Source: Octopus sinensis
Taxonomy: Eukaryota
Direction: 5' to 3'
DNA: 15,835 nt
Assembly: GCF_006345805.1 (NCBI RefSeq)
Contig: NW_021825405.1
Location: forward strand, 1-15,835
Part shown: piece after piece, positions 1 to 9,251 of the stretch
Layout: every line of letters starts with the position of its first letter
Position numbering within the stretch: position 1 is the first letter of the stretch
Made by a program: the position numbers and the translations under genes
Notes under the pieces: model-generated
Seen by the model: only the letters and a program-made list of their open reading frames with translations
Databases searched by the model: none
What the model was told of the DNA's origin: nothing

Positions 1-39
<39 letters not shown>
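1..39. repeat. (GT)n microsatellite, cut by window edge
   Basis: Perfect GT dinucleotide run. Confidence 0.98.
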
Positions 40-42
<3 letters not shown>

Positions 43-1241
43 AGCTTTCTCGCGGTTTGAATCAACCAAATTCACTCATAAGATATTAGTCGCGACTCTT
101 GGTTGTCATGCCAACATTTTAAGCACACAGCCAAGTCAACGTTTTTATTGATAAAACTGATAGAGTTGACATTACTTTTTGTTTTACATTCAGCGAAATG
201 ATGCATCGAAGAAATACGTGATGTAGAGTGAGAATTCCTGGCAGATGCAGTCTCAGGAGACACGAGAGCGCTATGTATTTAGAACTAGATCTTGGGTGAT
301 ATATAAAGTAATGTTACGACGAGGAAAGGCGAATGCATCAATTGACCTGGGATAGAGATGGTGAAGCATTGTTGTATTCAGAACTAACAGCATAGTCGTA
401 GTGGTAAAAGAGGTGAGTATGATGGAACAACTGGGCATGCTATTGGTTGTAGTAGTTTAGTGAATGTTTGTTAAGCAGATCGCTTTAAGTTCATACAATT
501 ATTACTCTATCTGCCAGTTTGGCTGTGTCTATTTAAGACTCTCACACAAACGGACACGTACGTACATGAATGTGCCCGTCCGTTCATCTGTTTGTTTGTC
601 TCTGTGGAGATATCTCTTCTCAGAAAATACAGAACTCTACTTATTTATATCTGTATCGTCCTTGCGGACTTCTTTGCAGTCGATTAGAATATCCATCTGT
701 TGATGCTGTTGTTATTTAGCGCCAAGCAGGAACATCTTAGCTGAATAATACGCCCTCGGTCAAATCAATGAATGGGGCTCAATTGTACCTATTTGTTGAC
801 AACAAGCTGGAGCATGCATTGATCAGAATTGGGTTCTTAGGCCCGTAAGGCCTCCGGGCAACTGTCGAGCGTAGCCATGCCATAAGACAGCATTGGCTCC
901 AAATCAAGCTTAGTTGAACAGACCGATATTCAAAAATATTTCAGTCACAACCACCTCGTCGATTTTTCATTTATCGACTACCTTGTATTACACTATTAAA
1001 AAACGTCAATTATCAAAACCGTATGGAGTTATTTAAGGGATATTTGGTTGCAATTCCAAGCCAATCGAATAACCACAAGGGCTGGTGTACCGCGTTGGTT
1101 TTCAATGTAAAATGTAGTAGTATGTTTTGAGCTGAACGTCTTTTCACTGAGTTTTACATTGATAGTAATATGTAGCTTGTTGTCAGATTCAAGACTAGGT
1201 TGGATCCTGTTGCAAGACAATATATAATTGGACAATACGTG

Positions 1242-1545
1242 ATCACGTGACCACGTGACCGATCAGACCATCAGATGTTGTTACACATCGCTGGTCACAA
1301 TGCGTTCGCATTGTTTTAGCCTTCGAATGACGCCACCCCGCTGGCTAAGCGAGCAGGCCAACAGAAAAAAGAGAGGGAGAAAGAGTGGTGAAAGAGTACA
1401 GCAGGGATCACCACCCCCTGCCGGAGCCTCGTGGAGCTTTTAAGTGTTTCGCTCAATAAACACACACAACGCCCGGTCTGGGAATCGAGACCGCGATCCT
1501 GCGACCGCGAGTCCGCTGCCCCAACCACTAGGCCATTGCGCCTCC
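1242..1545 (-). mobile_element. Full-length young tRNA-derived SINE with 15-bp target-site duplication
   Basis: Minus strand starts TGGAGGCGCAATGGCCTAGTGG; A box TGGCCTAGTGG (1525-1535), B-box-like GTCTCGATTCC (1481-1491); CACGTG-repeat tail; identical ATTGGACAATACGTG at 1227-1241 and 1546-1560; CpG-rich. Confidence 0.93.
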
Positions 1546-1560
1546 ATTGGACAATACGTG

Positions 1561-1690
1561 TAAGAAGTTTTCTTGAGCACCATGATGTCCCAAGTTCGAC
1601 CCTACTACGTGACGCATAGATAGAGTGTCTTCTACATTATTCTTGAGGCAAACTAAGTCTTGTCGTACTCAGAAAATGTTGAAGCTCATC
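1561..1690 (+). mobile_element. Older degenerate SINE interrupted by the 1242-1545 insertion
   Basis: TAAGAAGTTTTCTT...CCATG...GTTC...GTGTCTTCTAC aligns loosely with the reverse complement of 13340-13482 and with 12410-12515. Confidence 0.55.
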
Positions 1691-1993
1691 AGTTGGACAG
1701 TATGTTTAATCCAAAGAGCCAGCCATGCCATACACTGTATCACGCCGATTCTGCTTCAAAAATTGCGTTAAGAGTACGCGTGACTGGGCAATGATAGTTA
1801 GTTTCCTTACACAATTCACTAAATAACTGGTTCAGTTGATCTAAATACTAAGCGTCCATACAAGGAACAATTCATTTATATTTTTCATCCCTTTAATATT
1901 TCAAATACAAATAAAACACATTCGTTATGTATACTTCTATTTGAATGTATTATTTATTCGTGAATAATTATGTGTCAAACAGCTCTGCATTTG

Positions 1994-2184
1994 CACATAC
2001 ATACATACATACATACATACATACATACATACATACCACACACACAATACATACATACATATACACACGCATACATACATACATATACACACACATACAT
2101 ACATACATATACACACACATACATACATACATACATACATATACACATACATACATACATATACACATACATACATACATACAT

Positions 2185-2225
<41 letters not shown>

Positions 2226-2241
2226 TACATACATACATACA

Positions 2242-2271
<30 letters not shown>
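1994..2271. repeat. (ATAC)n microsatellite with (AC)n interruptions
   Basis: Direct reading; source of the HTYI/MYVC ORFs. Confidence 0.97.
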
Positions 2272-2272
<1 letters not shown>

Positions 2273-2300
2273 GCATGCCTTATCATTTATGTACATCTTT

Positions 2301-2400
2301 ACGATCCGAGATCAAATCCTGCGGGAATCAACTGACATTTATTCCCCGTTGAGGATAAAGTAAGTACGATTATATATACTGGATCGATTCGATTCAATAG
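2301..2400 (+). mobile_element. Degenerate fragment of the SINE family seen at 14914-15145
   Basis: ACGATCCGAGATCAAATCCTGCGGGAATCAAC...GATAAAGTAAGTACG resembles ACGTTCTGGGTTCAAATTCTGCCGAGGTCGAC...GATAAATGAAGTACC. Confidence 0.6.
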
Positions 2401-2859
2401 CATATATATCTTTTCTGAAAAATGTGTGACTTGGTGTCGATGCATGATGTCACTCAGTATACGTATTCTCAGTGTATTCTCAGCGCACGCGTAGTTGCAC
2501 ACATCGAGCACTTCCGTGTCTGAGAGAGATAGAGATAGAGTGTGTATCTATGATATGCAAAGGAGGGGCCGGAGAGATAGAGAGCGAAAGGAAAATTTCA
2601 CGAGCGTATTTAAAGTTATTACACCAAGAGATAATTATATGCGTGCTAGAAATCTGAGTGACTAATTCTCAAAACTGTCACATAGCATAGAATTATAAAC
2701 GCTCCTTGATAATTTGAACATACTCACTCCTAAATTAAAAGTAAAAAGAAATAACAAAAAAAAAGTTTCAATGCATCATATTCCACAAACTAATATATTG
2801 ACACCATACTCATTGGCAATTCCTTACTTAGAGACGAGAATCCTATCTTGAAACAGAGA

Positions 2860-2907
2860 TAAAGCCTTGTGAGTGGATTTGATAAACTGAAACAGAAAGA
2901 GGCCGTC

Positions 2908-2948
<41 letters not shown>
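2860..2948 (+). mobile_element. SINE 3' fragment followed by (TA)n
   Basis: AAAGCCTTGTGAGTGGATTTG resembles AAAACCTTGCGAGTAGATTTT near 12480; runs into (TA)n 2909-2948. Confidence 0.65.
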
Positions 2949-2951
<3 letters not shown>

Positions 2952-3048
2952 AGAATTCATAAAAAAAGGAGAAAAGACGAAGACAGGTGGTGTAGACAAC
3001 AAACAAAGGTATTAGTTTAATGCACGGGAAGTGAAAAAGTTTTTATCG
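2949..3048 (+). repeat. Microsatellite-flanked ~80-100 bp unit, copy 1
   Basis: AAAAGACGAAGACAGGTGGT...TATTAGTTTAA...CGGGAAGT...TTTATCG (2972-3048) recurs at 3325-3402. Confidence 0.85.
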
Positions 3049-3055
3049 TGTGCGA

Positions 3056-3104
<49 letters not shown>

Positions 3105-3105
<1 letters not shown>

Positions 3106-3255
3106 GACAGAAGGTTTGAAAATGCAAACAAAAGATGTTTATTCACTTCACCGGTTTCACTTTTGGGGAAAAAGATTGTCAAAAGTAAAATGTAAAGCTT
3201 TGTAAAAACTTTGTTGTGTTAAGTACTGGTTGTCACAACATATTACAATACATGT
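3105..3255 (-). mobile_element. (TA)n-flanked mini-element with degenerate hammerhead-like fold, possible Penelope-like remnant
   Basis: Minus 3189-3142 reads TTTACTT-TTGACAA-T-CTTTT-TCCCC-AAAAG-T-GAAA-CCGGTG-AAGTGAA; TA runs on both sides. Confidence 0.4.
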
Positions 3256-3272
3256 GTATATATATATATATC

Positions 3273-3311
<39 letters not shown>

Positions 3312-3313
<2 letters not shown>

Positions 3314-3402
3314 CTTACTAAAAAAAAAGACGAAGACAGGTGGTATAGACAGCAAACAGGTTGTATTAGTTTAACACTCGGGAAGTAAAAGTATCTTTAT
3401 CG
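3312..3402 (+). repeat. Microsatellite-flanked unit, copy 2
   Basis: Direct repeat of 2972-3048 about 353 bp downstream. Confidence 0.85.
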
Positions 3403-3448
3403 CGTGTGTGTGTTTGCGTGTGGGTGTTTGTGTGTGTATGTGAAAGTA

Positions 3449-3896
3449 TGTATATATATATATCGTGTATATGCATATATATATACACACGCCATATATA
3501 TCTATCTATATAGATATATATATTGACATACATGCATATACAGAGGTAGTTGCATATATATATATATATTATATATATTATATATATATAACACTATATC
3601 GTCTATATATATATATATATATACATGCATATATCGAGTGTATGTGCATATTATATAGATATATATATATATATATTATATATATGCATATATCGAGGGT
3701 ATGTGATCTAATATATATATACTATATATATATATAAATAACATATATATATAACTATATCGTCTATATATATATATACATGCATATATCGAGTGTATGT
3801 GCATATATATAATAATATATAATATATATATATTATACCTATATCGTCTATATATATATATATAATATATATATATATATAGATAACTATATCGTC

Positions 3897-3928
<32 letters not shown>

Positions 3929-4351
3929 ACTATATCGTCTATATATATACATACCATATATCGTGTGTTGTATATATATATATATATATACATACATATA
4001 TCGTGGATATAATACCAACACATTATATCGTGTGTATATATATATACATATATCGTGTGTATATATATATATACATATATCGGTATATATATACATAATA
4101 TATCGTGTATATATATATACATATATCGTGTTGTATATATATACATATATATATATATACATATATCGTGTGTATATATAATTGTGTGTATAGATATATA
4201 TATATATAATACATATATCGTGTGTATATATTATAATTGTGGTATATATAATATATATATATTATATACATATATCGTGTGTATATATATACATATATAT
4301 ATATATATATTGTGTGTATATAATATATATATATAATATATATATTGTGTG

Positions 4352-4382
<31 letters not shown>

Positions 4383-4498
4383 GGTATATATATATATATA
4401 TATATATTGTGTGGTGTATATATATATATATATATATATATAGATATATTGTGGTGTGGTAATATATAATATAATATATATATATATATATGTTGTGT

Positions 4499-4536
<38 letters not shown>

Positions 4537-4825
4537 TATATATTCGTGTTATATATACATAATATATCCTAACATGTATATATGCATATATATATTGTGC
4601 ATTACATATTACATATATATATCGTATATATATATATATACATACATATATCGTGTATTATATATACACAGAACACATGCATATATCGTGTATATATATA
4701 TAACTATAATCGTATTATATATAATATATATATATATAGGTAGGGTATATATACATAATATATTCGTATATGTACATATATATATACATATATATATTGT
4801 GTATATATTTACACGATATAATATG

Positions 4826-4857
<32 letters not shown>

Positions 4858-5065
4858 ACACGATATATAATATGTTGATATATCGTGTGTATATATTATA
4901 TATAGATTTATATACAATATATATATACATATATATATACATATAGATATCGTGTATATATATATATACATATGTATATCGTATATATATATATACATAT
5001 GTATATCGTTTATATATATATATATACATATATAAATCGTGTATATATATATATACATATATTAT
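3449..5065. repeat. ~1.6-kb complex (TA)-based minisatellite with ATATCGTG / ATATCGTCT / ATTGTG variants
   Basis: About 32 CpGs by hand count, mostly in TCG context; higher-order block ATAACTATATCGTCT(AT)nACATGCATATATCGAGTGTATGTGCATAT at ~3589 and ~3751. Confidence 0.95.
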
Positions 5066-6945
5066 ATTGTGTAATAAATTTTTATATATCAATCAAAATG
5101 TATTCATATTATATATTTAGAATTAGAATTATTTAAATGTTTATTTAATTAATTCATATTTATTAATGAATATGAATTACTTTATATTTTTTTAATTAAC
5201 TTAAGTTTATTAATTAGTAGTTATAATATAGATATTGATTGTATTAGTACTGGGTTTATATAGAATGTGTCGAAAATTTGTTTTGTTTAAATAAAGATTT
5301 GACTCCAACGTAACCATATTTATATATATGAAATAAATTAATTTGTATAAGATTATTAGAGAATATACAGAAAATAGTAGTTATATAAATTATTTTAATT
5401 TATAGAGTTTTGAGTATAATTTAACGTAGTTAATTCTAAATTTTAGTTTTATAGTGAAAGATATTATAGTGTATAATGATTCTATTCTCTATTAGTGACT
5501 TTATTCTCGGAATTATGGAGATGTACTTGCATAGCGAGTGACTTGATCTGATATCGTGTGCTGGAACGAAAACAATTGCAGCGTGGAAGCTGTTTATAAG
5601 CCATTTAAGAAGCACACAAAACCGTTAGATTCATTTCAACATATAAATTTAATTTGTCAAAATATTTTCGTCGCTTTGAGACCGCGACCTGTTCACTGAC
5701 AAAGCTTCGTGCAGCACGAAGCTTTGTCAGTGAACAGGTCGCGGTCTCAAAGCAACGAAAATATTTTGACAAATTAAATTTATATGTTGAAATGAATCTA
5801 ACGGTTTTGTGTGCTTCTTAAATGGCTTATAAACACCTTCCACGCTGTAATTGTTGACTTTATTCTCTTTATCTATTGAAGCTAAAATATATTCGTAGTT
5901 TTCATTGATAAAATGTATATTTCCATCTGTTTGTTCTATTTCTGTTAATAACGTAATTCCACTAGTTTTTATAAACGCATAAAAGACGTTTTCTGTTTTG
6001 AAATTTTTTAGTTAATGACACGCTTTTTGAGAGATAAATAAACTTTTTTTATTTAAGAAATAATATTGTATTCTATATAACTATTGATTTTAAAATTTGA
6101 ATTTATAATTTATTTTTGTTAATGATAATTTAGATATGTACATTTATTTAATTATTATTAGTTTATAAGTATTATATCTGAACGTAAATTTTAAGATATT
6201 AGTTAGTCACTTTGCGATATAGATCGTAAAAATGTTTCTGATAATAGTAATAAGTATTTTATAAAGATAGGTTTTACGTTTTTAATTTGACCTTTTCAAT
6301 TCTTAAATTGTATTTCATAAATATTTTCTGTAGATATCTATAATATTTATGTAAGTAATAATGGACTACTTTATTTTTGGTTATATGGTTATACGTTTAT
6401 TGATAGAAAAATTTTGATTTTTAATAGCTATATTTGTTGATTATAATTTAGATACTTATTTTTATATATTTATTATTTTAAAATTATTATATGCGAACTA
6501 AAACCTAAAAATATTAATAGTGATTATTTTGTTAAATAATTTAGTAATTAGATATTGGCGTGTAACTGAGTTAAAGATATTCCATAGTTTATTAATGATT
6601 TTTAAGCTAAATTATATCTTTACAGATAAATACATATTTCTATCTATTTACTCTACTTTTTTAACCTTAAATATTAAGTATTTAACATAATAAATGTGTT
6701 GTAGGAAATAATCCTAATGTTTTAAGTTTCAGATTTAATTAATGGAATTTCTTCTATAAGAAAAATTATTTTATTTACTTTTTAAATATATATTGTTTAA
6801 CTCTATTTGCTTATTTATTTAACTATTATTGTTAACCTGAAGATTGACTATAATTTAAAATTGAATTTATTTCAATTAAATTTAAATGTAGCCATGAAAC
6901 GTACGTAGCTTTTTATAATATATTGAAACAAGTAAAGCAGTAAAA
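5066..6945. other. Extremely AT-rich non-tandem domain, interrupted by the 5509-5855 insert
   Basis: Hand counts: 5101-5495 C=18, G=46 of 395; 5881-6900 C=80, G=108 of 1020; no ORF of 60 aa or more in the track. Confidence 0.85.
5509..5855. mobile_element. ~347-bp insert with long palindrome (arms 5571-5712 and 5714-5855), flanked by a 13-bp direct repeat
   Basis: Arms are reverse complements around A5713 with 3 mismatches; TGACTTTATTCTC at 5496-5508 and 5855-5867; ~38% GC versus ~17% in flanks. Structure is seen directly; mobile-element status is inferred. Confidence 0.75.
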
Positions 6946-6984
6946 GATATATGTGTATGTATGTGTGTATGTATATATGTATGT

Positions 6985-7230
6985 GGGGGCGTGTGGTTTA
7001 GTGGTTAGAGTGTTGAACTCATGATCGTAAGGTTGTGGTTTCAATTCCTGGACCGGGTGATGGGTTGTGTTCTTGAGCAAAACACTTCATTTCACGTTGC
7101 TCCAGTCCACTCAGCTGGCAAAAATGAGAAATCCTGTGACGGACCGGCGTCCCGTCCAGGTGGGGAATTCCTAAGCCACTGAAACCGAGAAACCGGCCCT
7201 TATGAACCTGGCATGCTTCGAGAAGGAACA
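6985..7230 (+). mobile_element. tRNA-derived SINE (head type B, tail type Y)
   Basis: A box TGGTTTAGTGG 6994-7004, B-box-like GTTTCAATTCC 7038-7048; 3' part 7133-7230 matches 12075-12171. Confidence 0.88.
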
Positions 7231-7238
7231 TTTATTGC

Positions 7239-7431
7239 TGGAGGCACATGACCTAGTGGTTAGAGCAGCGGACTCGTGATCGAGGGATCCCGGGTTCGAA
7301 TCTCAGCCCGGGCAATGTGTCTGTTTATGAGCAAAACATCTAAGCTCCATGCAGCTCCGGCGGATGGTAATGTCGAAACTTCTGACTCTTTTGCCACAAC
7401 TTTCTCTCACTCTCTCCTCCTGCATCTTGCA
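7239..7431 (+). mobile_element. tRNA-derived SINE (head type A), 3'-truncated
   Basis: A box TGACCTAGTGG 7249-7259, B box GGTTCGAATCT 7293-7303; colinear with 11901-12065 and with the 5' half of 1545-1242. Confidence 0.88.
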
Positions 7432-7464
7432 AATGGGGAGAAACACACACACACACACACACAC

Positions 7465-7600
7465 ATAATGGGCTTCTTTCAGTTTCCACCTACCTAATCC
7501 ACTCACAAAGCTTTAGTTGGTCTGAGGATGGCTATAGTGGCCCAAGTTGCTCACCATGTGATTGTGAAGCAAGCTTCTTATATAGTCATGCCTGTGCCTG
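7465..7600 (-). mobile_element. Degenerate SINE, same family as 13340-13482
   Basis: TTTCAGTTTCC...CACTCACAAAGCTTT...GCTATAGT...AAGCAAGCTTCTT...GTCATGCCTG parallels 13340-13482 and the reverse complement of 2860-2900. Confidence 0.65.
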
Positions 7601-7769
7601 ACTTCTTACCACACACTCATGTGTGTGTGTAAACTGTTATATTTTGGAATGGTCAGTTTTCCTATTTCACTAAATAAACACACACACTATATATTTGTTC
7701 TTCACTTCTTTATTACTGTTCTTATTTTATCGTATGTCCATTCTTAGAATGGTCTAAGCGAAGCAGGGG

Positions 7770-7950
7770 GACACACGTGGATGAAGAGGTCACAGATGTG
7801 CGATGAAAGATTTCCAGACAGTGGACATAAAATAAGAACAGTAATAAATGAGTGAAAAAATGAGTGTGTATATTTGGAATAAATAAATAAATAAAATGAT
7901 CATCCCCAAATATAGCAATATTTGTTTCAATAGACAGTTTCACATCAGAA
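7770..7950 (+). repeat. Interspersed repeat, one member of an inverted pair
   Basis: TGAAGAGGTCACAGATGTGCGATGAAAGATT...TTTCACATC matches the reverse complement of 8389-8563. Confidence 0.8.
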
Positions 7951-8384
7951 ATTTTACATATATATATATATTCACATAGATTTATACTTTAAAACCTATA
8001 TATATATATATAGATACAAAAGTAAATATTTACAAACGCAAAAGTATGAACATACATACATATAAATTCTGTTGTGTTAATAGTGTGTTATGACCACAGT
8101 AAAACATTCATCTGAACAATTTGTGTGACAAGCCTTTTTAAGTTTCAACCAACCAAATTCACTGTCTTTGCTTTTCTTTGAACACAAGTCTATGAAGAGG
8201 TTTTTGTCTCAGACAGTTGTTCAGCATCATGCCTTTTAACTGAGTTTACATTTAATATGATTAAGTGATTTAACATTTAATGCTGTTTCAATGGCGTATG
8301 CCAAAGATTTCTATATTTGCACAAGCTTTTGCAAATACCAGTAAATGCTTTCCTCACTATGTTTATGAATTTGTTTTGCAAGTC

Positions 8385-8590
8385 TGTCGATGTGAAATCG
8401 TGTGTTGAAAAAAAATTGTTATATTTTGGGATGGTCATTTGGTTTTTTCTTGCCAAATTAACACATGCTCTATATACTTGTTCTTCACTCATTGCTTATT
8501 GTTCATATTTTATTTTCTGTCCATTGTCTTGGAATCTTTCATCACACACCTGTGACCTCTTCAGCAACTCTTCCATCCCATGTGTCTCTT
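8385..8590 (-). repeat. Interspersed repeat, inverted partner of 7770-7950
   Basis: Minus strand TGAAGAGGTCACAGGTGTGTGATGAAAGATT...AAATGACCATCCCAAAATATA...TTTCACATC. Confidence 0.8.
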
Positions 8591-8924
8591 GTTATGTTTA
8601 GTCCATCCCATTTTATTCACTGATTCTTACATATTGAAGAACAAATCAAGTGCACACCTTTGCAAAGATGAGATGCATCTATCACTCCTATGAGTCATTG
8701 CAGTGATGATGTTTGACTCGCTCTGATATATATTGTATTTCTAACACAGCAAGTGTATGTAAAGAGTTTATTACAGACAATTCCATTTTTACACCTTTTA
8801 ATGATGTGCACACATTTAGTATTATACATAAATAGTGTCTTTAATATATGTTTGTGTGCCACCTCCCTCAATACTACTCTCCCTCTCAGTTAAAGGGTTT
8901 TGTCATGCAAGTTACTTGGTGATC

Positions 8925-9105
8925 CCACTGATGCTGGTGCCATGTTATAAGAACTGTAAAGTTAATAATGTTAGGTAGAGCGTCCAGCTGTGGAAACCAT
9001 GCCATGCAAATAGTGGAGCTTGATGCAATCTTCGGGCATGTTTGTTCCTGTCAAACCATCCAACAAATGCCTGCAAGGATAATGGATGATAAATGATGAT
9101 GATGT
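8925..9105 (+). mobile_element. Degenerate RTE-type 3'-tail repeat ending in (GAT)n
   Basis: GCGTCCAGCTGTGGAAACCATGCC...CCTGTCAAACCATCCAAC...GATGATGATG is homologous to 15313-15580. The RTE label is from recollection. Confidence 0.6.
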
Positions 9106-9251
9106 ATATAAATTAATATTTAGTAGAAGTAACAAAGCATCTCAAGGTCTGAGAGTTTCAAGCATTATTTCTGTTAAATATACATATACCCATATTTGGG
9201 GTTCTATTTTTCTTGTTTGAATCAACATACCCCCACACAAACACACACACA

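Noticed and set aside
72-263. 63-aa minus-strand ORF and a strong plus-strand acceptor (TTTTTGTTTTACATTCAG, ending near 191)
   Set aside because: No recognisable domain; all three plus frames after the acceptor stop within about 11 codons.
1650-1695. Other CTGATGA motifs (minus strand near 1686-1692; plus strand 13882-13888) as hammerhead cores
   Set aside because: No correctly placed stem II, GAAA and UH; the second lies inside the Helitron body.
1937-5092. Many long ORFs (HTYI, MYVC and YI repeats), also at 13382-13947 and 15181-15786
   Set aside because: They are translations of microsatellites that lack stop codons in several frames; no coding signature.
5066-6945. Mitochondrial insertion (NUMT) suggested by AT richness and G/T skew
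   Set aside because: I found no conserved rrnL/rrnS motifs or tRNA cloverleafs, and spot checks show frequent TAA/TAG. Not fully excluded without BLAST.
6985-7310. Real tRNA genes at 6985 and 7239 (also 1545 minus)
   Set aside because: A/B boxes are present but acceptor and anticodon stems do not pair, and each continues into a SINE body.
8277-8601. Overlapping 71-aa and 94-aa ORFs
   Set aside because: They lie largely within the inverted interspersed repeat, whose other copy does not preserve the frame.
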